In this document: piece after piece, positions 23,628 through 33,691 of the stretch
Numbering within the stretch: the first letter of the stretch is position 1
How the letters are laid out: each line of letters opens with the position of its first letter
Sequence record: OZ335959.1
Length of the DNA: 64,000 bases
Source: a phage
Direction: 5' to 3' (one strand)
Made by a program: the position numbers and the translations under genes
Notes under the pieces: generated by a model
Told to the model about the DNA's origin: nothing
The model's input: only the letters and a program-made list of their open reading frames with translations
Database searches by the model: none

Positions 23628-24722
23628 ATGGCAATTGTTAAAGAAATAACTGCTGATTTAATTAAAAAGTCTGGTGAGAAAATTTCAGCCGGACAGAGTA
23701 CTAAATCAGAAGTAGCAACTAAAACATACACCGCCCAGTTTCCAACTGGGCGTGCTAGTGGTAATGACACTACAGGGGACTTCCAGGTAACAGATCTATA
23801 TAAGAATGGATTATTATTTACTGCATACAATATGTCATCTAGGGATTCTGGAAGTCTTAGATCGATGAGATCTAACTACTCTTCTTCATCTTCGAGTATT
23901 TTAAGTACAGCTAGAAACACTATTAGTAGTACAGTATCAAAACTATCAAATGGATTAATATCAAACAATAATTCAGGAACAATAAGTAAAGCTCCTGTCG
24001 CAAACATTCTTTTACCGAGATCTAAATCTGACGTTGATACATCATCACATAGATTTAATGATGTTCAAGAAAGTCTTATCAGCAGAGGTGGAGGTACTGC
24101 TACTGGTGTGTTAAGTAATATTGCTTCAACTGCAGTATTTGGGGCACTGGAAAGTATAACACAAGGTATAATGGCTGATAATAATGAACAGATTTATACG
24201 ACAGCCAGAAGTATGTATGGTGGTGCTGAGAATAGAACTAAAGTGTTTACATGGGATTTGACTCCACGTTCAACAGAAGATTTGATGGCTATTATTAATA
24301 TCTATCAATATTTTAACTATTTTTCTTATGGTGAAACGGGCAAATCTCAATATGCTGCTGAAATAAAGGGGTATTTAGATGATTGGTATCGTTCTACGTT
24401 AATTGAACCTTTATCTCCGGAAGACGCAGCTAAAAATAAAACACTATTTGAGAAAATGACATCGAGTTTAACTAACGTTCTAGTAGTTTCAAACCCGACA
24501 ATTTGGATGGTGAAAAACTTTGGTGCAACTTCTAAATTTGATGGAAAAACGGAAATATTTGGCCCATGCCAAATACAAAGCATCAGATTTGATAAAACAC
24601 CTAATGGTAACTTTAACGGATTAGCTATTGCTCCAAACCTCCCTAGTACATTTACTCTTGAGATTACTATGAGAGAAATTATCACGTTAAACCGTGCTTC
24701 TTTATATGCGGGGACTTTTTAA
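23628..24722 (+). CDS. 48: Baseplate tail tube cap, 364 aa
   Basis: Synteny and size. Confidence 0.9.
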   Translation: MAIVKEITADLIKKSGEKISAGQSTKSEVATKTYTAQFPTGRASGNDTTGDFQVTDLYKNGLLFTAYNMSSRDSGSLRSMRSNYSSSSSSILSTARNTISSTVSKLSNGLISNNNSGTISKAPVANILLPRSKSDVDTSSHRFNDVQESLISRGGGTATGVLSNIASTAVFGALESITQGIMADNNEQIYTTARSMYGGAENRTKVFTWDLTPRSTEDLMAIINIYQYFNYFSYGETGKSQYAAEIKGYLDDWYRSTLIEPLSPEDAAKNKTLFEKMTSSLTNVLVVSNPTIWMVKNFGATSKFDGKTEIFGPCQIQSIRFDKTPNGNFNGLAIAPNLPSTFTLEITMREIITLNRASLYAGTF

Positions 24723-25687
24723 TGTATTCTTTAGAGGAATTTAATAATCAAGCAATAAACGCAGATTTTCAACGTAATAATATGTTTAGCTGCGTTTTTG
24801 CGACAACTCCATCAACTAAAAGCTCTTCGTTGATAAGTTCAATTAGCAACTTTTCTTATAATAACTTGGGTCTAAATTCAGACTGGTTAGGATTGACTCA
24901 AGGCGATATTAATCAGGGAATTACCACGCTAATTACTGCTGGCACACAAAAACTGATAAGAAAATCAGGGGTTAGTAAATATCTTATTGGTGCCATGAGT
25001 CAACGTACAGTTCAAAGTTTATTGGGCTCATTTACAGTTGGTACATATTTAATTGACTTCTTTAACATGGCATATAACTCATCTGGGTTGATGATATACT
25101 CTGTAAAAATGCCAGAGAATAGATTATCCTATGAAACTGACTGGAACTATAACTCTCCTAATATTCGTATAACTGGGAGAGAATTAGACCCTTTGGTTAT
25201 TTCATTTAGAATGGATTCAGAAGCATGTAATTATCGTGCGATGCAAGACTGGGTTAACGCTGTTCAAGACCCAGTAACTGGATTGCGTGCTTTGCCACAA
25301 GATGTCGAGGCAGATATTCAGGTTAATCTTCATGCTCGTAATGGATTACCTCATACTGCAGTGATGTTCACCGGATGCATTCCAGTGTCAGTGAGCGCTC
25401 CTGAGTTATCATATGATGGAGATAACCAAATAACTACATTTGATGTTACTTTTGCGTATAGAGTCATGCAAGCTGGGTCAGTTGATAGACAAGCTGCGCT
25501 TGAGTGGCTTGAATCTGCTGCTATAAATGGCATTCAAAGCGTTCTCGGAAATAGTGGAGGTGTTACTGGATTATCTAATTCGCTTTCACGACTTAGTAGA
25601 TTAGGGGGAACTGCTGGAAGCATTTCAAACATTAATACTATGACGGGAATTGTCAATTCGCAAAGTAAAATATTAGGAGCAATATAA
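24722..25687 (+). CDS. 54: Baseplate tail tube initiator (gp19-related), 321 aa
   Basis: Synteny and size. Confidence 0.9.
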   Translation: MYSLEEFNNQAINADFQRNNMFSCVFATTPSTKSSSLISSISNFSYNNLGLNSDWLGLTQGDINQGITTLITAGTQKLIRKSGVSKYLIGAMSQRTVQSLLGSFTVGTYLIDFFNMAYNSSGLMIYSVKMPENRLSYETDWNYNSPNIRITGRELDPLVISFRMDSEACNYRAMQDWVNAVQDPVTGLRALPQDVEADIQVNLHARNGLPHTAVMFTGCIPVSVSAPELSYDGDNQITTFDVTFAYRVMQAGSVDRQAALEWLESAAINGIQSVLGNSGGVTGLSNSLSRLSRLGGTAGSISNINTMTGIVNSQSKILGAI

Positions 25688-25691
25688 CAAT

Positions 25692-25721
25692 GGGGACCTT
25701 TTGGTCCCCATATTTTTATTT
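25692..25721. terminator. Bidirectional terminator between gene 54 (+) and the alt.-3 ORF (-)
   Basis: GGGGACC-UUUU-GGUCCCC followed by ATATTTTTATTT. Confidence 0.65.
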
Positions 25722-26006
25722 ACGGAATGAAATAAAAGCAGCAACTGAAGCAACTAAACTGTCTTCAGTATAAACTTCAATTTTTACCGGAGCTTCTGAC
25801 TCGAATTTACCTGTTACTACACCTTGGAAAATGCTTTCAGTCTGTTCTGGCTTTGAAAAATTTTCAGAAGGAAAAATTCCGAACTTTTTATCTGTTCCAA
25901 AAATTTTGATAAATTCATCGTAAACCGCTTCATTAAAAGCGTTATCAGCAGGAATAACGCCTTCAACTACAAGTTCTTGACCTAAAAAGCGTAAAGAAGA
26001 TTTCAT
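25716..26006 (-). CDS. Hypothetical protein (T4 alt.-3 position), 96 aa
   Basis: ATG start with GAGGAA RBS; early promoter upstream. Confidence 0.6.
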   Translation of the reverse strand: MKSSLRFLGQELVVEGVIPADNAFNEAVYDEFIKIFGTDKKFGIFPSENFSKPEQTESIFQGVVTGKFESEAPVKIEVYTEDSLVASVAAFISFRK

Positions 26007-26037
26007 TTTGTGTTCCTCATGTTATGTCAGTAAGATT

Positions 26038-26067
26038 ATTATAACACAACACGATGGACTTGTAAAC
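26038..26067 (-). promoter_or_regulatory. T4 early-type promoter (GTTTAC, 18 nt, TATAAT) for the alt.-3 ORF; near-identical copy at 41542..41571
   Basis: -35 GTTTAC and -10 TATAAT on the minus strand; about 50 of 53 nt identical to the alc promoter and leader. Confidence 0.55.
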
Positions 26068-28124
26068 TACATCTTGAACTTTTTAGACATTCCATTGATG
26101 TTAACCAAAGAAGCCAAGATTTGAGAAACTTCGTTTTCCTCTTCTTTTGATTCTTCTACAAGGAATTGATTAAACCCAGCCATTGGACGAACTTCCCCAG
26201 TTTCCATTAGATGATCGCCATCATATACCGATTCTTCTAATTGTTCAGAAGGAGGAACGATTGTGCCTTCTATTAGATACTTGTTATAAGCAGTTTCTTT
26301 CATCATGTACGTGCTTACTTTATTAATCTTCAGCAAAATTCCACGCGGCAGAATAACTTCAGCTTCTGATGGAAATCCTGATAAATGACCTGGAACGATA
26401 ACTTTGATTCGCTCAGCCCCTTTAATTACCATACCTACGATAGTTTCATCATCTTCATTAGCATACGCAGAATGACTACCCATATGCATTAAATCTTCAG
26501 CATCAACAGAACCTTCTCCTTCACCAGAAAATACTGCACCTGAATCATCTAGAGCCATATAGTTTTTACCATGCTCACCGAAGATATTTGGTTTAAGCGA
26601 TGTTGATACGAAGTTCTTAAAATAGAACATTTTATTTTCAATATTATGACGTAAAGTTTTAAAAGTAACTTCTTGCCCACGATAAAGCGTAGTTCCTGGA
26701 GGAAGAACTGATCCTTTGGCGAATGCAGAATCCAGCGTCTCGATGTGTTTAATAGCTCGTTCCATGTATTCTTCACGGGTAGAATCTGGTTTACCCAAGA
26801 GGAACGAGTTCATTTCAACATATGAATCTGCACAATAATCTTCAATTACATCAGACTCAGCCTGAGTTAATCCTTTTGGAGTTACTTCGGTGCTTGCGTA
26901 TTCATATGCCTGAGCAGCAGATTCATTAATCAATTTATAAATGCCATTCATGACAAATCGAATAATAGCTGCCTTTTCGTCTGGTGTGGCTTTAGAACCT
27001 TTAACTAAATCATTGATAATTTTCTTAATAACATCAAAGCTATTAGAAATATTAATGTCAGCGAGATCGCTCAAAATTTTATCGGTTTTATAATCAAAAA
27101 ATTCTTTATTCTTTAAATATTCTTGAGAACCTTGATGTGTTATATCGCTCTGCAGTCTGATAGACGGATCACGTAAACGTGCATGGGCCAATGCAATATC
27201 ATTTCGGAAGCTTTCTAGTTCATAATCGTTAGATTTAAAACGAGAAGCACTTCTCATACCACCGATAGCTCCTTTGCCGAAGTTTGAACCAATCTGAATA
27301 ACGCCAGAGTTCATTGGTCCTTCTGCTTTATATACCGGAACTTTAGATTCAAACTCTTGATATTTCTTAGCAGCGAAGCTATCGCCCTGGAGTGAAGCAT
27401 CGACAGTAGAATATTGAGCTTGTGCTGCCAATCGACGACTAATTTTAGTTTTCTGAATAACAGCTTGATCCGTGCGCTTATCATTTTCTAAAGCAATAGA
27501 AGCGGCAACAGCAACAGCTTTAGGAACAGCATTACCTGTTTTAACATCTACATAAACATCACCAACCTTTGATTCAACTTTTGTGAATAACTCAGTTGAA
27601 ATAGGAGGTACACCTGGAATGTCTTCTAAATTGGCATTTTTACGGTAAACCATAATATATGCATACTTTTTATCATAATCCCAGATTTCCTTTAAAAGAA
27701 CATATCGACCTGCTCCTTTAGTACGTACTAAACGGTCAGCAATAACTTGCATTTGACGAGCTGCGCCATTTGTTTTACTTTTTAGTACGCGGAATAGGCA
27801 TGCATCAATTTTATACTGTTTCATTGTTTGAAGAGCAGTATCAAAAACGGCATTAATGACACCAATTGGATTTCCACCCAAGTTTTTAAGTTTAACTAAT
27901 GATAGTTTCTCATTAACACCTATCATTACGATATGCATCATTTTATCGCCTGGCTTAACGTTTTTATTTGTATCACCACCAGAGGTGTATGTACAAAATC
28001 TAAATCCAGGAAGCACGCTTTCTTCACCGGCTTGAATAGCAAAAATTTGAGGTATTTTATGCTTAGGATTTAAGTTAACAACCGGCGCCGAAGCGCCGTC
28101 AAATAATTCTGTAATAAGTTCCAT
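26067..28124 (-). CDS. Alt-like ADP-ribosyltransferase paralog, 685 aa
   Basis: N-terminus MELITELFDG shared with alt; C-terminal R/STS/E triad (YRGQ, FVSTSL, EAEVILPRG). Confidence 0.8.
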   Translation of the reverse strand: MELITELFDGASAPVVNLNPKHKIPQIFAIQAGEESVLPGFRFCTYTSGGDTNKNVKPGDKMMHIVMIGVNEKLSLVKLKNLGGNPIGVINAVFDTALQTMKQYKIDACLFRVLKSKTNGAARQMQVIADRLVRTKGAGRYVLLKEIWDYDKKYAYIMVYRKNANLEDIPGVPPISTELFTKVESKVGDVYVDVKTGNAVPKAVAVAASIALENDKRTDQAVIQKTKISRRLAAQAQYSTVDASLQGDSFAAKKYQEFESKVPVYKAEGPMNSGVIQIGSNFGKGAIGGMRSASRFKSNDYELESFRNDIALAHARLRDPSIRLQSDITHQGSQEYLKNKEFFDYKTDKILSDLADINISNSFDVIKKIINDLVKGSKATPDEKAAIIRFVMNGIYKLINESAAQAYEYASTEVTPKGLTQAESDVIEDYCADSYVEMNSFLLGKPDSTREEYMERAIKHIETLDSAFAKGSVLPPGTTLYRGQEVTFKTLRHNIENKMFYFKNFVSTSLKPNIFGEHGKNYMALDDSGAVFSGEGEGSVDAEDLMHMGSHSAYANEDDETIVGMVIKGAERIKVIVPGHLSGFPSEAEVILPRGILLKINKVSTYMMKETAYNKYLIEGTIVPPSEQLEESVYDGDHLMETGEVRPMAGFNQFLVEESKEEENEVSQILASLVNINGMSKKFKM

Positions 28125-28127
28125 GAT

Positions 28128-30221
28128 TTATCCTTGAACGAACTTGTAAGGCATGTTTGTAATATCTATGCAAGACGCAATAATTCCAAGAGATGATTCG
28201 ACTTTCTGTTTAACATTTGATGAAACAAATGATGCAAAATCAACTCTGTCTTCTATTTCAATATCACCTGTCATTGCAACTACTTCACCAGTTTCCATTA
28301 GACGGTCACCGTCATAAATTACTGATTCGGTGAGTTCTTCCGTAGTCATAACTTCAGCTTGAATGAGTTTTGTATTATTAGATGTTGTTCCGTCATTATT
28401 AGAAGCATCAGTTATTTTATTAACTTTGACCATCAATCCGCGTGGTAGAATAACTTCAGCTTCTGTTGCTATTCCGAGACTTCCTGGATATACAACATTA
28501 ACTTTATGAGCTCCATCAATTGCCCATCCTATTTGAACTTTAACGTATTCAGGATTTTCTTTATACGCTCTTATTTCATTTGGATTAATAGTTATTCCTT
28601 CTTCATTTTTATCAACTGTCAATTCATTACGAGCTTCTGGTTCTAAAAGACCAATACCAGCATGTGTAATTCCAAAACGTCCAAAAATGATAGGAGTTAA
28701 AGAAGTAGATACAAAATTTCTGAAATAGAACACTTTATTTTTAACTAGTGCTTCGTATATAGGAGCAGTCATACTTTGAGCACGATAAACTGTAATGCCT
28801 TCTGGTATACGGTCACCATTTTCAAAAGCTGAATCTAAGTTATTTATAGCAGATTCAATAGCCTTTTCATTCATTACATCATAGTTCTGAGGATTATAAC
28901 GTCCCAAAAGAAGATTATTGATGTCAGTATATCCTGAACCACAATACTCTCTAATGCCGCGCTTTTGTGATGGAGTATATTTAGAACCATCACGGGCAAT
29001 AGTAATATCAATCATTGGACCTGCACCAATTCCAGAAAAACTATAAATCATTCTTTTGAGGAATTTAGTTTTTGTTGCGTTCCAGGAATTTTTAGTTATT
29101 TCTTCCCAGACTTCATCTGGCTGTCCTTTACGTGTTTTATTATGTTTATCAAGCCAATTATCTTTATATTCTTCAAAGAGTTGATTAACGGCTGCTGCGT
29201 ATTTTTCTAAACATTTTATTGAAGTAGTTGGTTCATTTTTAATCGCATTAAGAATTACATCTTTAATTTTTTCAGAAACTTCATCAACTTCACTTTTTGA
29301 AAAGAATTTATAGTCATAGTGAAGTTCATCTGCAGTTCCTTCAGCAATAATTTTTGCTGCCTTAGTTTTAGAAGCTAATGAATTAATTCCAAGTTTCATT
29401 TCTTCTGCTTCGGGAATTAAAGGAGCGGTAGCAGGTTTATTGAAATTAGCTGCGGTAGATTCATACTTCTGGAATAATTCACTTTCAAATCTAGAAGATT
29501 CTAATGATTGACTTTGTGCAATTGCTCTACGGGAAATTTTAACTTTAACGATTACAGCTTGGTCAGAACGTTTATCGTTTTCTTGCGCAATAGATGCTGC
29601 AATGGCCTCATTTTTAGTTACTTGAGCTCCGGTATCTTTATTGATATAAACATCGCCGACCTTCGATTCAACTTTAGTAAAGAGCTCTGTACTAATTTCC
29701 GGAACTCCTGGAATGTCTTCTAATGATACATTTTTGCGATGTATAAGAATATATGCGTACTTTTTATCGTAATCCCAGAGTTCCTTAAGAAGGACGTATC
29801 TGCCACCTGAACGACTGCGGATAAGTCTATCAGCAATAAGTTGAATTTGACGAGCTTGACCAGCAGTTTTAGACTTAAGAATACGGAGCATACAGGCATC
29901 AATTTTATACTGACGCATCGTTTGCATTGCAACAGTAAAAACTGAATTGATGTAATTAATTGGGCTTGGACCGAGACCTTTTAATTTAGCAATTGAACCT
30001 TTAGCAGTTAATGTAAAAGGAACAATATGCATCATTTTATCGCCCATCTTTAAATCGCGATTAGTATCACCTCCAGATGTATAGGTACACAAACGAAAGC
30101 CTGGTTGTTCAATTGCGTCATCAACATGAACTGAAAAAATTTGCGGTATTTTCTTCTTTGGATTTAAGTTTGTAATCGGAAGAGTAGTATCTTCGTCAAA
30201 TAATTCTGTAATGAGTTCCAT
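28128..30221 (-). CDS. alt: Alt ADP-ribosyltransferase (capsid-packaged), about 697 aa
   Basis: Closely matches recalled T4 Alt ends; R/STS/E motifs; second ATG chosen for RBS spacing. Confidence 0.85.
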   Translation of the reverse strand: MELITELFDEDTTLPITNLNPKKKIPQIFSVHVDDAIEQPGFRLCTYTSGGDTNRDLKMGDKMMHIVPFTLTAKGSIAKLKGLGPSPINYINSVFTVAMQTMRQYKIDACMLRILKSKTAGQARQIQLIADRLIRSRSGGRYVLLKELWDYDKKYAYILIHRKNVSLEDIPGVPEISTELFTKVESKVGDVYINKDTGAQVTKNEAIAASIAQENDKRSDQAVIVKVKISRRAIAQSQSLESSRFESELFQKYESTAANFNKPATAPLIPEAEEMKLGINSLASKTKAAKIIAEGTADELHYDYKFFSKSEVDEVSEKIKDVILNAIKNEPTTSIKCLEKYAAAVNQLFEEYKDNWLDKHNKTRKGQPDEVWEEITKNSWNATKTKFLKRMIYSFSGIGAGPMIDITIARDGSKYTPSQKRGIREYCGSGYTDINNLLLGRYNPQNYDVMNEKAIESAINNLDSAFENGDRIPEGITVYRAQSMTAPIYEALVKNKVFYFRNFVSTSLTPIIFGRFGITHAGIGLLEPEARNELTVDKNEEGITINPNEIRAYKENPEYVKVQIGWAIDGAHKVNVVYPGSLGIATEAEVILPRGLMVKVNKITDASNNDGTTSNNTKLIQAEVMTTEELTESVIYDGDRLMETGEVVAMTGDIEIEDRVDFASFVSSNVKQKVESSLGIIASCIDITNMPYKFVQG

Positions 30222-30273
30222 CATATCCTCTCTAGTGTTTATTCTATTTATAAAATTAAAGGCCCGAAGGCCT

Positions 30274-30462
30274 TTAATAATCTATTGGTAAGAGAGTACG
30301 ATATATTTCAAACTTTGGACCTTTTTCATAGGTATCAAATGTTTCTGTGAATTTATTATAAGCATATGCATCTATAAATTCAATCATAATTTGTGATACA
30401 GAAGTAGAAACATCTCCACCTTCTTTTTGAGCCACGACAATTGTTTCTAAGTAAGCTTTCAT
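30274..30462 (-). CDS. Hypothetical protein, 62 aa
   Basis: ATGA overlap with ligase stop. Confidence 0.5.
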   Translation of the reverse strand: MKAYLETIVVAQKEGGDVSTSVSQIMIEFIDAYAYNKFTETFDTYEKGPKFEIYRTLLPIDY

Positions 30463-31919
30463 AGACCAGTTACCTCATGAAAATCACCAAATACATCCTC
30501 AAATGTATTAGCTTTAGTTTTATCTTCACGTAAACGAATCGCAATCGGAAGAAATAATTTAACGTAATCGGTGCGGCCGTCAGATTTTAACCAACCATTG
30601 CATTCACATTCTAGAATTTTTCCAATATAATAATTTTGGTTTTCCATAATGCGAGTACGGTCAAGTTCATGCGATTTTACACCGGCTTTATCTTTTAAGC
30701 CTGAACCAGCATTTACTTTAATTTTTCCACACTCTGATTCAAGAATAAATCCACCTGCTTTAGTAGGGTCTTTACGGTGAGGATAAATTCCTACAATTTT
30801 TAAATCAACATCAATTACTTCTTTAAATTTATAGAGATTTTTTGAACGAGCATTTTCCCATAATCCATCGATATTTTTGAGAATAATACCTTCAAGACCT
30901 TGGTCAATATACTTTTTATAAATTACCTTAGCTTCATCTAGGTTATTTACTACCTGGTTTTCAATTAAAATTACTTTATCATATCCTGATGTCATTTGTT
31001 CTAGTTTAGAAAAACGTGCATCATACTTCAAACGAAACGTCGGAAGACCGTATATTTCTACCAACGGGACATAATCCCAGACCTGAAACTTCATGCATTT
31101 GGCTTCTTTTTCTGAAATAGTTCCCTTTAAAGATTTATTGGCGATTCCATTAGAAGCAGTACGTGATTCAGCTACTTCGGCAAACTCTTTAACTTTACTA
31201 TTTTCAGGAACATCAAAAAGAAAATCTAGGCCTTCTGGCTCCTTTTCAACTTGCTCATGGTATACCAATTCGCCATCGATTAAAACACCTTCTGGATGAA
31301 TCTGGCGGGCTTCAGCGGTCATTTTGATTAACTCTTCCTTAAGAAGATCTAATCCTAGATATTCATTACCAGCTCGTGATAAAAGACGAACATCATCTAA
31401 TTCATCGCCTCGGACTTCAGCAAAACACCGAGCTCCATCTGCTTTTAACTGTGCAAAGGCTGGAAATTTGATATTCTTACTAATGCCTTTTTCATCATAA
31501 GAACTTGCCAGCATTTGAGGTTGTTCAGGAATTAAACCTGGCCAAACTTTATTTGCAATAGATACCGAAGCACCGCATTCGAGGTCTCGCATCATCACTC
31601 GACGCAAAACTTCAACATCATCCTTTTTACCATCGGTGATATATCCAGTTAATTCCTCAATTGCCGCATTTCCAGTCAATTTCCGAGTAGCTAACGTGAA
31701 TTCAATGAAGTCAAGCATATCGGTAATAGTCAGCATTCCAAAACTCTGGGTAGCAATACCAGGTTTAGGCCATTTCTTGATATAATACTGTAACCCACGA
31801 GAATAAGTCAGACGATATACTCGTTTAAGCAATTCATTATCTTTATTCTTTTCAAGAATTGCTTGCTTCTGCTTAGTTGATCCAATAGATGCTATTTCAT
31901 TCAGAATTTTAAGAATCAT
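30459..31919 (-). CDS. 30: ATP-dependent DNA ligase, 486 aa
   Basis: Sequence matches recalled T4 DNA ligase. Confidence 0.95.
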   Translation of the reverse strand: MILKILNEIASIGSTKQKQAILEKNKDNELLKRVYRLTYSRGLQYYIKKWPKPGIATQSFGMLTITDMLDFIEFTLATRKLTGNAAIEELTGYITDGKKDDVEVLRRVMMRDLECGASVSIANKVWPGLIPEQPQMLASSYDEKGISKNIKFPAFAQLKADGARCFAEVRGDELDDVRLLSRAGNEYLGLDLLKEELIKMTAEARQIHPEGVLIDGELVYHEQVEKEPEGLDFLFDVPENSKVKEFAEVAESRTASNGIANKSLKGTISEKEAKCMKFQVWDYVPLVEIYGLPTFRLKYDARFSKLEQMTSGYDKVILIENQVVNNLDEAKVIYKKYIDQGLEGIILKNIDGLWENARSKNLYKFKEVIDVDLKIVGIYPHRKDPTKAGGFILESECGKIKVNAGSGLKDKAGVKSHELDRTRIMENQNYYIGKILECECNGWLKSDGRTDYVKLFLPIAIRLREDKTKANTFEDVFGDFHEVTGL

Positions 31920-32185
31920 TGCTCATCCTTCAAGGTTTGGTTTACAGCTCTATTATAAATCAATTCATCATTAAGCTCAGGCAAAGACCTATGATATGTA
32001 GTTCTAACTTTATTTCCTTGCATCCAGTGCTTGACGTAAATGAAACCTTGCTCTACACATTTTTTAAAAATTCGTTCGTCTTTTTGAGCTCGGAATTCCG
32101 GATTGCATCTAAAAAATTGATTTACGTGACCATAATCACGTGTAGTATTACCTTCATTTTCATAAATAGTGTGAACGACAAACAT
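31916..32185 (-). CDS. Hypothetical protein (30.1 position), 89 aa
   Basis: ATG start; stop overlaps ligase start. Confidence 0.55.
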   Translation of the reverse strand: MFVVHTIYENEGNTTRDYGHVNQFFRCNPEFRAQKDERIFKKCVEQGFIYVKHWMQGNKVRTTYHRSLPELNDELIYNRAVNQTLKDEQ

Positions 32186-33024
32186 TAGAATGCTCCTTGG
32201 AAAATATTATCACCGCTAGTAGGTCTATTATACAAATACTCTATGCCACCAGGTTTAATGTAGTTCCATGTCTGAAACGGATGTGTCTGATATGGATGAT
32301 ATAGATGATTATAAGGATTAAATCCAGGCGTTCTCCAGGTAGTGTTCCAAGGAAAAGAATCGTTTTTAACCATCTTCTCAATTAAATCTTTTATAGCTTT
32401 TTCACTATCAAAACTTTCTTTATTTTCCTTCGGCGAAAAAAGCTTATTTTCTACATCATTCCATGTATAAACTCGCTGAGCAGTTTTTGGAATATTGTCA
32501 CGCTCTCCTCGAGCCATCCAATAAACCGGAACATTTAATATTTCACTCGCATGATCGCAATGGTGAGCGAGATCGTCAATATAACAAATTACGTTATATT
32601 TCTCTTTTGCCTTTTTAAACAACTCTTCTTTTGAAGAATCATGACCACACATCATTACTTCTGAGAAGGCACCAGGAAAAAGAGCATTCAAATTAAATTG
32701 ACGATTCAGCAGAGCGTCAATAGAATCACCCAATGCTGTAACAGCTACAAAATTATAATCTTCTTTTAATTTGTTAATTACACACAGGGCATCTTTATAC
32801 GGAGACAAGTAACGAATAAAATCTGAACGATTGTATTTTTCAATTAGCTTGACACCGAGTTCTTCATCACAATTAAAGAGTTTACCCGGAGAAATAAATT
32901 TCTCATCTTGGATCATTTTTAAAATATGTTCTAACGGAAGATTATATTTCTGAGCAAAATAAGGAAGACCTGATTGCCAGCTTAAACATACTCCATCAAT
33001 ATCAGTTAAAATAGTAGGCTTCAT
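32185..33024 (-). CDS. Putative HAD-superfamily hydrolase (30.2 position), 279 aa
   Basis: N-terminal LTDIDGV resembles HAD motif I; possible motif IV IDD. Confidence 0.55.
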   Translation of the reverse strand: MKPTILTDIDGVCLSWQSGLPYFAQKYNLPLEHILKMIQDEKFISPGKLFNCDEELGVKLIEKYNRSDFIRYLSPYKDALCVINKLKEDYNFVAVTALGDSIDALLNRQFNLNALFPGAFSEVMMCGHDSSKEELFKKAKEKYNVICYIDDLAHHCDHASEILNVPVYWMARGERDNIPKTAQRVYTWNDVENKLFSPKENKESFDSEKAIKDLIEKMVKNDSFPWNTTWRTPGFNPYNHLYHPYQTHPFQTWNYIKPGGIEYLYNRPTSGDNIFQGAF

Positions 33025-33479
33025 AGAGAGTCTCTTAATAGGTTTAACACATCAATAAATTCAGCTTCGGTTAGTATTGTATCATCTTTTGTTAGACCAC
33101 TAGCCATGCTGTGCTTCAAAACTTTTCCTTTCGAGGCTTGTAATGCATCACGAAAGCCCTTATTTTGGAACGCTGCTTCAAAATATGCATTTGTGTATAA
33201 TTCTTTCCACGCTGGAGAGTATCTTGAAAACGGAACTCCAAGCCAGAACAACGTGCCACGGTCCTGAGCTCTAGCATAAGCTCGTCCAGCTTGTTGGGCG
33301 GCAAGCCCGGATAACCCAAATATACGACGTTGCTGTTCAACATTTTTCACCTTACACCCTTGGAGGAATCCTTCGAGACCTCCAAATTGGATACTATCCA
33401 TAACAAAAGGCCATTGGGCGAAATTACTTAATGCGCATGATGGCCATCTAAAATTGCTTCTAATCTCTAACTCAGACAT
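33021..33479 (-). CDS. NADAR / YbiA-like (DUF1768) domain protein (30.3 position), 152 aa
   Basis: ALSNFAQWPF aligns with E. coli YbiA FSNFAAWPI core motif. Confidence 0.6.
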   Translation of the reverse strand: MSELEIRSNFRWPSCALSNFAQWPFVMDSIQFGGLEGFLQGCKVKNVEQQRRIFGLSGLAAQQAGRAYARAQDRGTLFWLGVPFSRYSPAWKELYTNAYFEAAFQNKGFRDALQASKGKVLKHSMASGLTKDDTILTEAEFIDVLNLLRDSL

Positions 33480-33687
33480 CTTTAATACTTATAATTTCAA
33501 CATCAGCCCAATGACCGTAACTTGGTAAACGGTCTTCAATAGATAATCCGCCATCATATTTAAGCATTTTAATTGTCATAATATATGGCTCTAAATGGTC
33601 TTCAGTGAGTGGAGAGACATCAGTCACGCGATAAGTAACTTCGACCATTTCCGTGCCAAGTAATTTCTGGATTAATTTCTTAAACAT
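33472..33687 (-). CDS. Hypothetical protein, 71 aa
   Basis: ATG start, operon packing. Confidence 0.5.
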   Translation of the reverse strand: MFKKLIQKLLGTEMVEVTYRVTDVSPLTEDHLEPYIMTIKMLKYDGGLSIEDRLPSYGHWADVEIISIKDV

Positions 33688-33691
33688 TTTA

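Noticed and set aside
33116-33343. 75-aa ORF inside the NADAR-like gene
   Set aside because: Same strand, different frame, fully nested; no independent start signal.
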